From an uncultured Tateyamaria sp. (GTDB lineage Bacteria > Pseudomonadota > Alphaproteobacteria > Rhodobacterales > Rhodobacteraceae), in assembly GCF_947504105.1 (NCBI RefSeq), contig NZ_CANNGP010000006.1, positions 30,399 to 94,398 of the forward strand: a DNA stretch of 64,000 nucleotides, given 5' to 3'. The notes under the pieces were generated by a model, which saw only the letters and a list, made by a program, of their open reading frames with translations, had not been told where the DNA came from and made no database searches. Of this stretch, positions 10,381 through 19,757 are shown piece by piece. Position numbers and translations under genes: made by a program. How positions within the stretch are numbered: position 1 is the stretch's first letter; the number at the start of each line of letters is the position of its first letter.

Positions 10381-10728
10381 ATGGTTGAAACTCGTCAGAA
10401 TTTTGAAGTGCGATTGACCACACTTGGCCGCAAACATGCGGCAATGGGAAATGGTTACACCACGAAAATGCGGGATGACGGGCTGATCGTCATCAAGCCC
10501 AAGCGGCGAGTCGGGCGCGGCTTCCCTCTCAGGGGTCTGCTTGGGCTTGTGGCCGGGTTCTTCGTGTTCAAGGCACTCATGCTCGCCTCGTTGGGTGACA
10601 TCACCTACAATGAGCGCGTCGCAAAATTGCAGCAGGGCGGTCAGATACAACAGGCTGGCGCTTACTTGATGCAGATCGACCCAACGACACGGTTCATCTC
10701 TGGCTTCCTTGATCCCCTCGTAGACTGA
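10381..10728 (+). CDS. hypothetical small membrane protein
   Basis: The ORF track starts at TTG 10321, but a TTGACG-N18-CATAAT promoter-like element at 10293-10322 argues for ATG 10381. One TM segment (LLGLVAGFFVFKALMLASL). Confidence 0.5.
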   Translation: MVETRQNFEVRLTTLGRKHAAMGNGYTTKMRDDGLIVIKPKRRVGRGFPLRGLLGLVAGFFVFKALMLASLGDITYNERVAKLQQGGQIQQAGAYLMQIDPTTRFISGFLDPLVD

Positions 10729-10740
10729 TCAAACGCCGCT

Positions 10741-10825
10741 CCAAAGAAAAGCCGCGGCGCCTTATCTCAGGCCCGCGGCTTTCGCTCATGTCAGAGCGCG
10801 CCCAAAGGGGAGGTTTTGGAACGTC
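10741..10825 (-). ncRNA. candidate 3'-UTR-derived sRNA, CcsR/cuckoo-like (single CCUCCCC loop hairpin plus terminator)
   Basis: Directly downstream of the DUF1127 stop. The minus strand reads CCAAA-ACCUCCCC-UUUGG (10802-10819), followed by the terminator hairpin at 10748-10782. Confidence 0.3.
10748..10782. terminator. bidirectional rho-independent terminator between convergent genes
   Basis: Stem AAAGCCGCGG (10748-10757) pairs with CCGCGGCTTT (10773-10782), with a 15-nt loop. A U-run (TTTTCTTTGG) follows on the minus strand and TTTCGC on the plus strand. Confidence 0.55.
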
Positions 10826-11035
10826 TTAGTGGCTGTTTGCCACGTCATCGATGTCGCCGCGGACCAGGCCGATGTCTTCGAGCTCACGGTCAGTCAGGGC
10901 GTTCAGGGCGTTGCGGGTCACACGGGCATGGTTCCAGGCCGCCACTTGGGCAACCAGTTTGGAAAACAAGCCGTTGAATTGGCCTGCAACAGGTGCAGCG
11001 CCATATGCGGGACGGGTGGTGTCGAAAGCAGCCAT
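10826..11035 (-). CDS. DUF1127 domain small protein
   Basis: C-terminal ...LNALTDRELEDIGLVRGDI... is the DUF1127 signature. Start re-picked at ATG 11035 (AAGGA RBS 8 nt upstream), because the putative promoter -10 overlaps the track start at 11092. Confidence 0.75.
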   Translation of the reverse strand: MAAFDTTRPAYGAAPVAGQFNGLFSKLVAQVAAWNHARVTRNALNALTDRELEDIGLVRGDIDDVANSH

Positions 11036-11090
11036 TGCAGCAGTCCTTTTTTCGATAGTTTGTGCTGATCCTGTCAGCGTTGTGCTGCTC

Positions 11091-11119
11091 ATTTAGGCGC
11101 GAAAAAAACACCCTTCAAG
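11091..11119 (-). promoter_or_regulatory. RpoH(sigma-32)-like promoter candidate for the DUF1127 gene
   Basis: The minus strand reads CTTGAA (11119-11114), N17, CTAAAT (11096-11091). This resembles alphaproteobacterial heat-shock sigma promoters. Confidence 0.3.
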
Positions 11120-11533
11120 CGGTTAAACATCATACGTGCCTTGCGTTTCTTGCATATCAACGGCGCCAAGCTAAGCCCTTGATAAAGCGAAAAACAGCAG
11201 CGCCTCGCAACGAAACGTCGGCACCTGACAATGACATTCGGACACCGCTTAGGGTCAGCCCTGTACTTAGACCCTGTCCCCCAACGCGCATCAACGATGC
11301 CAACCGCCTTCTTCCATGCAAACAGTTGCAAAGCCCAAGATACCCCCTTAGATCGAAGGCATCGAAATGGAGATTTCATGTCCCGGTAAGGTGGGGAGGC
11401 AACAGTCCTCCCGATGCAAAATCAGCCACTGATTTCCTTCGTCATTCCTTGGCGAGGCTGATATGTGCGTACCCTTTTTCCTTACCGTTTGAATTCATGC
11501 CCCAGCATGACCGAGACATGAAAGTCCTCCGTA

Positions 11534-12616
11534 ATGACACGTGACTATTCACATTTTCTTTCGCAGCCATCAGGCTTGGACGCCCCGAAACAGCGTCTCT
11601 CCCCTCTTAACGCGCTGGGCTGGCAGTCGTTCTTTGCCCAGCAAACCGATGTAGACGAATTGGCGCAGAGGCCGCCGGTGCGGGTCGTTGAAGTCCACCG
11701 GAACGCCTTGCACGTTCTTGGTGACGGTATTGATGAGATGATACCACCACCAGAGGACATCACCGTTGGCGACTGGTTGATGTTTGATCGCGAGCACCCG
11801 AAATGCAGTCGCATGCTGCAGCGTAAGAGCTTGATCAAGCGGCGCGCGCCCGGGACCGATCGGCGAGAGCAGTTGATTGCTGCAAATGTTGATACAGTGT
11901 TTGTCGTTACGTCTTGCAACCAGGATTTCAACATCGCGCGGCTTGAACGATACATCGCCCTCGCCTTCGAGGCGCAGATCACGCCTGTTATCGTCCTGAC
12001 AAAGACCGATCTCACATCGGATCATCAACACTACATTGACACGGCCGGGACTATTTCCACGGATGTGACGGTGGTCGCGCTGGACGCCAGGGGCGAGGCG
12101 CCGCGATCAGGGCTGGCGCCATGGTGCAAACCAGGCGCGACAATTGCATTCTTGGGGTCGTCCGGCGTTGGCAAATCAACCTTGACCAATGCGCTGTTGC
12201 AGACAGGGTTGATCAGGACCCAATCCATTCGTGAAGATGATGCCAAGGGCAGGCATACCACAACGCAACGACAGCTCTTTGCAACACCGGACGGATGTCT
12301 GGTTTTGGACACCCCCGGAATGCGCGAGCTGCAACTTACGGACGCGGCATCCGGCATCCAGGACGTTTTCTCTGATATCAGCGATCTGTCGGCGCAATGC
12401 CGATTCAACGATTGCAAACATGAAACGGAACCCGGGTGCGCTGTTTTGCAAGCGATAGAAAACAACGAGATCGACGTAGCGCGACTTGGACGTTGGCGCA
12501 AGCTCATGGCAGAAGACGCATTCAACTCCGCCAGCCTTTCCGAACGCCGGGCAAAGGATAAGGCATTCGGGAAAATGGTGCGTGAGATTACAAAACAGAA
12601 AAGCAAGAGGAGGTAG
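11534..12616 (+). CDS. rsgA: ribosome small-subunit-dependent GTPase A
   Basis: 360 aa. Circularly permuted GTPase motifs VLTKTDL ... GSSGVGKSTLTNAL, and C-terminal zinc knuckle CRFNDCKHETEPGCAV. Confidence 0.85.
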   Translation: MTRDYSHFLSQPSGLDAPKQRLSPLNALGWQSFFAQQTDVDELAQRPPVRVVEVHRNALHVLGDGIDEMIPPPEDITVGDWLMFDREHPKCSRMLQRKSLIKRRAPGTDRREQLIAANVDTVFVVTSCNQDFNIARLERYIALAFEAQITPVIVLTKTDLTSDHQHYIDTAGTISTDVTVVALDARGEAPRSGLAPWCKPGATIAFLGSSGVGKSTLTNALLQTGLIRTQSIREDDAKGRHTTTQRQLFATPDGCLVLDTPGMRELQLTDAASGIQDVFSDISDLSAQCRFNDCKHETEPGCAVLQAIENNEIDVARLGRWRKLMAEDAFNSASLSERRAKDKAFGKMVREITKQKSKRR

Positions 12617-12620
12617 TCAA

Positions 12621-13385
12621 ATGCCTCATGACACGTCAGGCCAGATCGTGTGGCACGATCTCTTTTCGGCGGACCCACAACGTTCAATGGCTTTTTTCCA
12701 ACATGTCGCCGGGTGGTCCTTTGCGATCGAACATGCCGCCGATTTTGCATGGGGTGGCGGTCAGACAGACTTCGTCCTGGCCATGTTGGCGAATGAAGCC
12801 GGGGCCGGTTTCATCGAAACACCCAACGGAATGTCAGATGGCTGGATCGCCTATGTCGAGGTTCCTAAGATGGACTCTGCAGCCGAAGCCGTGGAACCGC
12901 TTGGAGGTGAAATTGTTCGCCCGCCGTTTGACGTGCCCGGTGTTGGGCGAAATGCGCTGATACGTGATCCTTTGGGCGCTCTGATCGGCATCTCACAGTC
13001 TCAGCACGGTTTCCCGGTACCTCACCAGCAATTCGGTCTCGAGATTTATCTGTCCGGTGCGGCGGCATTTCCAGCGCACTTCTACTCACAGATCTTCAAC
13101 TGGGCACTGAGCCCGCAGCACCACGAGACGGAACGGATTGGCGGCGTGATATCCGGACCGTCCGGCACGGCAGTGGCCCGTCATCTGCCGGGCATATCCC
13201 CAGCAAATGATCGCGCTTTGTGGGTGCCGTGCATCAAAGTCGTTGATACAGCCGACGCACGGCAGGCGGCCAAGGCGGCGGGTGCCTGCACACGCTCAAA
13301 ATCAACCAGTAGCAACGCAGAGGAATGCTACAATCTGATACATGACGTCAGCGGCGCATATTTCTGCCTATCAGGCGATGAATGA
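12621..13385 (+). CDS. VOC (glyoxalase/bleomycin-resistance fold) family protein
   Basis: Start re-picked at ATG 12621 (GAGGAGG RBS at 12607-12613). Two repeated beta-alpha-beta-beta-beta-like halves; IVWHDLFSADPQRSMAFFQHVAGW is typical of VOC N-termini. Confidence 0.55.
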   Translation: MPHDTSGQIVWHDLFSADPQRSMAFFQHVAGWSFAIEHAADFAWGGGQTDFVLAMLANEAGAGFIETPNGMSDGWIAYVEVPKMDSAAEAVEPLGGEIVRPPFDVPGVGRNALIRDPLGALIGISQSQHGFPVPHQQFGLEIYLSGAAAFPAHFYSQIFNWALSPQHHETERIGGVISGPSGTAVARHLPGISPANDRALWVPCIKVVDTADARQAAKAAGACTRSKSTSSNAEECYNLIHDVSGAYFCLSGDE

Positions 13386-13529
13386 GAACACTCCAGAGGT
13401 CTTGGCAAAGTACAGTGGCTCCTGCGCCAAGTCCCGCTTGGTTTGGGACGGGCGCAGGGAGTTCGCATTCCATGTCCAAGCAGGTCTATCAGCTCTTCGG
13501 ACCGAAGCTTCGAATGGCACAGCATATAA

Positions 13530-13548
13530 GGCGGAGGTGTCCTCCGCC
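13530..13548. terminator. GC-rich hairpin terminator downstream of prpE (and of the convergent VOC gene)
   Basis: GGCGGAGG-TGT-CCTCCGCC. Flanked by TTATAT on the minus-strand 3' side and TCGGTTT on the plus-strand 3' side. Confidence 0.5.
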
Positions 13549-13553
13549 TCGGT

Positions 13554-15443
13554 TTAACCTTTGGCGTAACCGATGGTTTGCAGTGCATCCTTGATCTCGT
13601 CCAGAATGGCGGGATCGTCGATGGTCGCAGGCATCTTGTAGTCCTGATTGTCCGCGATCTTGACCACCGTGCCCCGCAGGATCTTGCCCGACCGTGTCTT
13701 GGGCAGGCGATCCACCACGATGGCCTGCTTGAAGGCGGCAACAGGGCCGATCTGGTCGCGGACGCGTTTGACGCATTCGCCCACGATCTCGGTATGTGGC
13801 CGGTTCACACCATTGGTCAGGCAGAGAAGGCCCACGGGGGATTGCCCCTTGAGCTGGTCCGTCACGCCAATCACGGCACACTCGGCCACGTCGGGGTGAC
13901 CGGCGAGAACCTCCTCCATGGCCCCCGTGGACAGGCGGTGGCCTGCCACGTTGATCACGTCATCGGTGCGCGCCATGATGTAGAGGTAACCGTCATCGTC
14001 CATCATGCCCGCATCCCCCGTTTCGTAGTAGCCGGGGAAGGCGTGCAAATAGCTTTTCACAAAGCGCTCTTCGGCATTCCAGAGCGTGGGCAGCGTGCCG
14101 GGTGGCAAAGGCAGCTTGATGGCAATGGCGCCGAGGTCTCCGGCAGCAACGGGGTGGCCCGCATCGTCGAGGATTTGCACGTCGTAGCCGGGCATGGCGA
14201 CGGTCGGCGAGCCGATCTTGACCGGCAGTGCTTCGAGCCCGGCGGGGTTGCCCGCGATGGTGTAGCCTGTTTCGGTTTGCCACCAGTGGTCGTACACAGG
14301 CACGTCCAGCAGGTCCTGCGCCCATTCGATGGTGTCGGGATCCGCCCGTTCTCCGGCAAGGTAGAGCGCACGCAACCCGCTGAGGTCGTATTTCGCGCGA
14401 TATTCGCCCTTGGGGTCTTCGCGTTTGACGGCGCGAATGGCCGTGGGGGCGGTGAAGAAGGATTTGACATCATATTCGGCGATCACGCGCCAGAACGTGC
14501 CCGCGTCGGGGGTGCCGATGGGTTTGCCTTCGAACACGACGGTGGTGTTGCCATGAATGAGCGGCGCGTAACAGATATAGGAATGCCCCACGACCCAGCC
14601 CACGTCGGATGCGGCCCAGAACACCTCGCCCGGGTTCATCTGGTAGATGTTCTTCATCGTCCAGTTCAGCGCCACAAGATGACCGGCGGTCGGACGCACA
14701 ACGCCCTTGGGTGCGCCAGTGGTCCCGGAGGTGTAGAGGATATAGGCTGGGTGGTCGCCCGCGACCGGGACGCAGTCGGCCGGAGGCACGCCCTGTTGCG
14801 CATCATGCCAATCTAAATCCCGGGGCCCGAGAGCACAGGGCGATTGTTCGCGTTGCAGGATCAGACAGAAGTCCGGGGTATGATCGGCGAGGTCGATCGC
14901 ACCGTCGAGAAGTGGTTTGTATTCCACGATCCGCCCGGGTTCGAGCCCGCAGGATGCAGCAATGATGGCCTTGGGTGCGCAATCGTCGATACGCACCGCC
15001 AGTTCGTTGGCCGCAAAGCCGCCGAACACAACCGAATGGACCGCCCCAAGCCGCGCGCAGGCCAGCATGGCCACCAGCGCTTCGGGCACCATGGGCATAT
15101 AGATAATGACGCGATCACCTGCCGTGATCCCCTTGTGCGCCAATGCACCGGCGACGGAGGCCACTTGCGCTAGCAACTGGGCATAGGTGGTTTTTGATTT
15201 GGTTCCGGTGATGGGGCTGTCATAGATGATGGCCGCCTGATCACCTCGCCCGGCTTCGACATGCCGGTCAACCGCGTTCCAGCAGGTGTTTACCTGCGCG
15301 TCGGCAAACCAGTCATAGAGGTGTTCACCGCGTTGGCTGAGCGCCTTGGTTGGTGCCTTGACCCAGTCGATGGCTTCCGCCGCCTGCATCCACCACCCCT
15401 CGGGGTCCGCTTTCCAACTGTCATATTCCGCCCTGTAACCCAT
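13554..15443 (-). CDS. prpE: propionate--CoA ligase / AMP-forming acyl-CoA synthetase
   Basis: 629 aa from ATG 15443 (GGAGGAG RBS 8 nt upstream). Has AMP-binding motif YTSGTTGAPKGV. The N-terminus YRAEYDSWKADPEGWW and overall length match PrpE-type enzymes. Confidence 0.75.
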   Translation of the reverse strand: MGYRAEYDSWKADPEGWWMQAAEAIDWVKAPTKALSQRGEHLYDWFADAQVNTCWNAVDRHVEAGRGDQAAIIYDSPITGTKSKTTYAQLLAQVASVAGALAHKGITAGDRVIIYMPMVPEALVAMLACARLGAVHSVVFGGFAANELAVRIDDCAPKAIIAASCGLEPGRIVEYKPLLDGAIDLADHTPDFCLILQREQSPCALGPRDLDWHDAQQGVPPADCVPVAGDHPAYILYTSGTTGAPKGVVRPTAGHLVALNWTMKNIYQMNPGEVFWAASDVGWVVGHSYICYAPLIHGNTTVVFEGKPIGTPDAGTFWRVIAEYDVKSFFTAPTAIRAVKREDPKGEYRAKYDLSGLRALYLAGERADPDTIEWAQDLLDVPVYDHWWQTETGYTIAGNPAGLEALPVKIGSPTVAMPGYDVQILDDAGHPVAAGDLGAIAIKLPLPPGTLPTLWNAEERFVKSYLHAFPGYYETGDAGMMDDDGYLYIMARTDDVINVAGHRLSTGAMEEVLAGHPDVAECAVIGVTDQLKGQSPVGLLCLTNGVNRPHTEIVGECVKRVRDQIGPVAAFKQAIVVDRLPKTRSGKILRGTVVKIADNQDYKMPATIDDPAILDEIKDALQTIGYAKG

Positions 15444-15554
15444 GGCCCATACTCCTCCGTCATAGTCCTCCGCAGGGTTACGCGGCGACAAGTGTCGGGG
15501 GCAAGGGCTGAGAGCGCCAACTGTGGCAGAATGGCACGCAGGCAGGCGTAAATA

Positions 15555-15809
15555 TCAGTCGTTGCTGTCCAGACGCTCGTAGGAAATCGCCCCACGGCAA
15601 TCCAGATCATCGGTGGCCGAGCAGCTGACGCTCCGGTTGCCATCATAGATGACGCGCTTGGTGAATGTCCGGCCATTTGCCGAATAGTCGCGGGTCACGG
15701 CGCGGAGTGTATCGCCGCGATATTCAAATGTCCCCTCGCGTTCCGCCGTGATTTCAGTACAGGCGGCAGCTGTGAGCAACGTCAGGACAGAAACGATCGT
15801 TCGCATCAA
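15555..15809 (-). CDS. small lipoprotein, paralog 2
   Basis: 84 aa. Lipobox LLTAAAC. Two further conserved Cys. Aligns with the upstream 89-aa ORF. Confidence 0.6.
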   Translation of the reverse strand: MMRTIVSVLTLLTAAACTEITAEREGTFEYRGDTLRAVTRDYSANGRTFTKRVIYDGNRSVSCSATDDLDCRGAISYERLDSND

Positions 15810-15844
15810 TGTCTCCTTTCGGAAGGGTTGCAGGTTGGGCGGCG

Positions 15845-16114
15845 TCAGGGTTCTCCGTCGCGGTCCCGGTTGACTGTGTCGATCAGTGCCGTGCGGCAGT
15901 CACGCCTGTCACCGGTGATACAGGTCACGCGCTCGGCCCCCGAGATGATCGTGGTCCGTGAATAGGTGCTGCCATCATCATTCTGATACACTCGCGTCAC
16001 CGACGGGTATGTGCGCCCGAATTCGGTGTAGGTCCCGCGGGTTTCGCTGACCACCTCGGCGCAGCCCGCACCTGCCAATAGAGCCAATACAAGAATTGCG
16101 CGCATCGTGATCAC
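15845..16114 (-). CDS. small lipoprotein, paralog 1
   Basis: 89 aa. Lipobox LLAGAGC. Shares the pattern C-E...GT...VTR-Y...C...D-DCR with the downstream ORF. Confidence 0.6.
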   Translation of the reverse strand: MITMRAILVLALLAGAGCAEVVSETRGTYTEFGRTYPSVTRVYQNDDGSTYSRTTIISGAERVTCITGDRRDCRTALIDTVNRDRDGEP

Positions 16115-16205
16115 CCCAGTCTATCCACTCGGATACAGATAGGATGCAAGATGCTGAAATACACCTGCGGGTTGCGCCGTTTTTTCAGGCTGAATTGGTT
16201 AATTT

Positions 16206-18479
16206 TTAGCCGTAATGCGCCACCGGCGTGCCGGCCACGGCTGACATGTTCAGCAATCCGCGTGCCGTGATGGACGGTGGCACGATGTGGGCGCGGTTGC
16301 CCATGCCCATCAGGATCGGACCAACCTCGAGCCCGCCGCCCTTCATCTTGAGAATGTTCCGGACGCCCGAAGCGGCGTCGGCGTGGGCGAAGATCAGCAC
16401 GTTGGCGGCCCCTTCCAACCGGCTGCCCGGGAACAGACGCTGGCGCAGCTCGGGATCAAGCGCCGTGTCGATGTTCATTTCGCCCTCGTAGCAGAAGTCG
16501 TGGTTCTGTGCGTCGAGCATCCGGATCGCTTCGCGCAGGCGCCAGCCGGAGCCGTCGCCCTGGTTGCCGAACTGGCTTTGCGAGCAGAAGGCGATTTTCG
16601 GTTCGATGCCGAAGCGGCGCACGTGGCGCGCGGCACCGATGGCGATTTCTGCGATCTCGTCTGGATTGGGATGCAGATGCACCTGCGTATCCGCCACGAA
16701 AAGCGGCCCGTCTTCGAGGATCATCATGCTGAGCGCACCCACGGGGTGATAGGAGTCGCGGCCAAGCACGTGCTGCACGTAATTGAGATGCCAGCGGAAT
16801 TCGCCGAACGTGCCGCAGATCATGCTATCGGCTTCCTCACGGTGGACCATGACCGCACCGATGGCAGTGGAATTGGTGCGCATGATGGCGCGGGCAAGAT
16901 CGGGTGTGACGCCGCGACGGCACATCAGCTCGTGATAGGTGCCCCAGTAGTCGCGGTAGCGCGGGTCATTCTCGGGGTTCACGAGGTCGACCGTATCGCC
17001 AATCTTGATCGTGAGGCCTGCGCGGGCAATCCGTGCCTCTATCACTTCGGGACGTCCAATCAGGATGGGCCGTTCGGTGGTTTCCTCGACCATCGCCTGG
17101 GCAGCCCGCAGCACGCGTTCTTCTTCGCCTTCTGCGAACACGATGCGGCGCGAGGTAACGCGGGCCGCTTCGAACACGGGGCGCATGAGAAGGGCGGATT
17201 TAAAAACAGACCCGTCAAGCGAGGTTTTGTAGGCATCGAGGTCCTCGATGGGTCGGGTGGCAACGCCCGTCTCCATTGCCGCTTTGGCAACCGCGGAACT
17301 GACGATACCGACAAGGCGCGGATCGAAGGGTTTGGGGATCAGGTAGTCTACGCCAAAGTTGAGCTGTTCACCTTGGTAGGCTGCTGCCGCCTCGGCACTC
17401 GTGGTGGCGCGGGCGAGTGCGGCGATACCGTCGATGCAGGCCAGTTGCATCTCGTCGTTGATCGTAGTGGCGCCCACGTCGAGCGCGCCACGGAAGATGA
17501 AGGGGAAGCAGAGGACGTTGTTGACCTGATTGGGAAAGTCGCTGCGGCCCGTGGCGATGATCGCATCTGGGGCAACGCTGCGCGCATCGTCGGGCAGGAT
17601 TTCGGGGGTTGGGTTGGCCAGCGCGAAAATGATGGGCTGCTTTGCCATTTTCTGAACGTGTTCGGGTTTCAAGACGCCGGGGCCGGAAAGGCCAAGGAAC
17701 AGGTCCGCGTCATCGATCACTTCATTGAGCGTGCGCTTGTCGGTCTTTTGGGCAAAGGCGGCTTTGGCCGGGTTCATATCTTCGGTCCGACCCTCGTAGA
17801 CGAGGCCGTGGATGTCGCAAAGCCAGATGTTTTCGCGCTTCACACCCATTTTCAGCAGCATGTTGAGGCAGGCAATACCTGCTGCCCCACCGCCGGTGCT
17901 GACGATCTTGATGTCTTCGAAGTTTTTACCCGCCACGTGCAGTGCGTTCTTGGCCGCTGCGCCCACCACGATGGCGGTGCCGTGCTGGTCATCGTGAAAG
18001 ACAGGGATGTTCATGCGTTCGCGACAAAGCCTTTCAACCACGAAACACTCGGGCGCCTTGATGTCCTCGAGATTGATGGCGCCGAAAGTGGGTTCAAGCG
18101 CGCAGACGATGTCAGCGAGTTTCTCCGGATCGCTTTCATTCACCTCGATATCGAAGCAGTCGATGGAGGCGAATTTCTTGAAGAGCACCGCTTTGCCCTC
18201 CATCACCGGTTTGGAGGCCAGCGCGCCGATATTGCCCAGCCCCAGAACAGCTGAGCCGTTGGAGACAACCGCCACAAGGTTGCCGCGTGCCGTGAAGCGG
18301 GCGGCGTTGGCGGCGTCTTCCTTGATCTCGAGGCAGGCTTCGGCCACGCCGGGGGAATAGGCGCGCGCGAGGTCTCGGCCGTTCGCCATCGGCTTTGTCG
18401 CGCGGATTTCAAGTTTTCCGGGTTTGGGGAATTCGTGGTAGGCAAGTGCCGCGTCGCGCAGGTTCGGTGTATCAGACAT
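16206..18479 (-). CDS. maeB: NADP-dependent malic enzyme (malic enzyme domain fused to phosphate acetyltransferase-like domain)
   Basis: 757 aa. N-terminus ...[21 protein letters not shown]...[11 protein letters not shown] and Rossmann motif [11 protein letters not shown]. The C-terminal roughly 330 aa is PTA-like. This is the typical MaeB architecture. Confidence 0.9.
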   Translation of the reverse strand: MSDTPNLRDAALAYHEFPKPGKLEIRATKPMANGRDLARAYSPGVAEACLEIKEDAANAARFTARGNLVAVVSNGSAVLGLGNIGALASKPVMEGKAVLFKKFASIDCFDIEVNESDPEKLADIVCALEPTFGAINLEDIKAPECFVVERLCRERMNIPVFHDDQHGTAIVVGAAAKNALHVAGKNFEDIKIVSTGGGAAGIACLNMLLKMGVKRENIWLCDIHGLVYEGRTEDMNPAKAAFAQKTDKRTLNEVIDDADLFLGLSGPGVLKPEHVQKMAKQPIIFALANPTPEILPDDARSVAPDAIIATGRSDFPNQVNNVLCFPFIFRGALDVGATTINDEMQLACIDGIAALARATTSAEAAAAYQGEQLNFGVDYLIPKPFDPRLVGIVSSAVAKAAMETGVATRPIEDLDAYKTSLDGSVFKSALLMRPVFEAARVTSRRIVFAEGEEERVLRAAQAMVEETTERPILIGRPEVIEARIARAGLTIKIGDTVDLVNPENDPRYRDYWGTYHELMCRRGVTPDLARAIMRTNSTAIGAVMVHREEADSMICGTFGEFRWHLNYVQHVLGRDSYHPVGALSMMILEDGPLFVADTQVHLHPNPDEIAEIAIGAARHVRRFGIEPKIAFCSQSQFGNQGDGSGWRLREAIRMLDAQNHDFCYEGEMNIDTALDPELRQRLFPGSRLEGAANVLIFAHADAASGVRNILKMKGGGLEVGPILMGMGNRAHIVPPSITARGLLNMSAVAGTPVAHYG

Positions 18480-18604
18480 GGAATCCCCTTCTGGGCCTTC
18501 GAATTTGGTTTAGCGTTAAACTATTTTTGCTGAGCCGCCAATTGACGTTTGATCACATGGAAAAAACGTGATCCAGCGGAGCCCTGCGCGCAAGTCATTT
18601 TTAA

Positions 18605-18669
18605 GGGGGCTCTGCCCCCATTGCATTCGCAATTCCCCCGGAGTTTATTTGGCAAAGTGAAGGGGATTG
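18605..18669 (+). repeat. dispersed intergenic repeat, copy A (GC hairpin plus 35-nt conserved module)
   Basis: GGGGGC-TCT-GCCCCC hairpin (18605-18619), then CCCCCGGAGTTTATTTGGCAAAGTGAAGGGGATTG (18635-18669). The module matches 22808-22842 at 30 of 35 positions. Confidence 0.6.
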
Positions 18670-18671
18670 AG

Positions 18672-19757
18672 ATGGCAGAGGTACGCGCCGAGATACGGTT
18701 GCCGACGCAGAACTTGCGGGACGATATCCCGTTTTTTACCAAGATGTTGGGCATGCGGATGGACATGATCTATCCTGCGGATGATCCGTCGGTGGCAGTC
18801 TTTTCCGGACATGGGCTGCGGGTGCGGATCGAGGCCGAGGCCAGTGAGCAGCCCGGAACGCTGCGCATTCTGACCGATGACCCGGATGGATTTGCGGACG
18901 GTCAGCGTGTTCTGACAGCTCCGAATGGCACCCGTGTCGAGATTGACGATCTGAACCCACCCCTCGTGATGCCGGAGACAGTGCATGGGTTTGTCGTGCG
19001 GCGTCTGGCCGATCAAGCCCCGTGGATCATCGGGCGGGCGGGCATGCACTACCGTGATTTGATACCGGATCGGCTGGGTGGGTCGATCATCGCAAGCCAC
19101 ATCCGCATTCCTGATGGCGGGCCGGTGCCGGACATGGTGCATTATCACACCGTCGGGTTTCAGCTGATCTATTGTTATCGGGGCTGGGTGGACCTTGTGT
19201 ACGAGGATCAGGGGGAGCCGTTTCGATTGGTGGAGGGATGCTGCGTGATCCAACCACCCGAGATTCGGCATCGTGTGCTTTATGCAAGCAACAATATCGA
19301 GGTGATCGAGATCGGCGTGCCTGCTGAACATGTCACCACCATTGATCATGACATGGAACTACCCAATGGCCCTGCGAACCCGGATCGGCGATTCCAGGGT
19401 CAATCCTTTGTGCATCACAAGGTAAGGGATGCGGTGTGGGGGCCGTTCCGTATGCCGGGGCTGGACGTCCGCGATACCGGGATCGCGGCGGGCACGGCGG
19501 ACGTTGCGGGCGTTCAGGTGGCGCGCAAGGGGCGCGGCGACACAGTTTGGACCAGACATGACAGTGACATCCTGTTCACCTTTGTGCTGGAAGGGACGAT
19601 GGTGCTGGAGGGCGAAGGACGTGATCAACATGCGTTGGAGGCAGGGGATGCCTTTGTTATCCCACCTGATATGGCCACACGCTACAGCAACCTGTCCGAT
19701 GATATCGAGTTGCTAGAGGTGTCTTTGCCCGGGGCGTCCCGTACGCGCATGGAGTAG
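18672..19757 (+). CDS. bicupin domain protein
   Basis: Start re-picked at ATG 18672 (GAAGGGGA RBS). Two cupin-like segments (…HYHTVGFQLIYCYRGWVDLVYEDQG… and …DILFTFVLEGTMVLEGEG…AGDAFVIPP…). Confidence 0.6.
   Translation: MAEVRAEIRLPTQNLRDDIPFFTKMLGMRMDMIYPADDPSVAVFSGHGLRVRIEAEASEQPGTLRILTDDPDGFADGQRVLTAPNGTRVEIDDLNPPLVMPETVHGFVVRRLADQAPWIIGRAGMHYRDLIPDRLGGSIIASHIRIPDGGPVPDMVHYHTVGFQLIYCYRGWVDLVYEDQGEPFRLVEGCCVIQPPEIRHRVLYASNNIEVIEIGVPAEHVTTIDHDMELPNGPANPDRRFQGQSFVHHKVRDAVWGPFRMPGLDVRDTGIAAGTADVAGVQVARKGRGDTVWTRHDSDILFTFVLEGTMVLEGEGRDQHALEAGDAFVIPPDMATRYSNLSDDIELLEVSLPGASRTRME

Noticed and set aside
11062-11544. A 160-aa plus-strand ORF filling the DUF1127-rsgA spacer.
   Set aside because: The sequence is Arg/Pro/Ser/Lys-rich nonsense-like, with no RBS, and it overlaps the start of rsgA. 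It is most likely non-coding.
18645-18662. TTGGCA within the dispersed repeat, considered as a sigma-54 (-24 TGGCAC / -12 TTGC) promoter.
   Set aside because: No TTGC(A/T) element lies 4-5 nt downstream of the GG-containing half in either copy.
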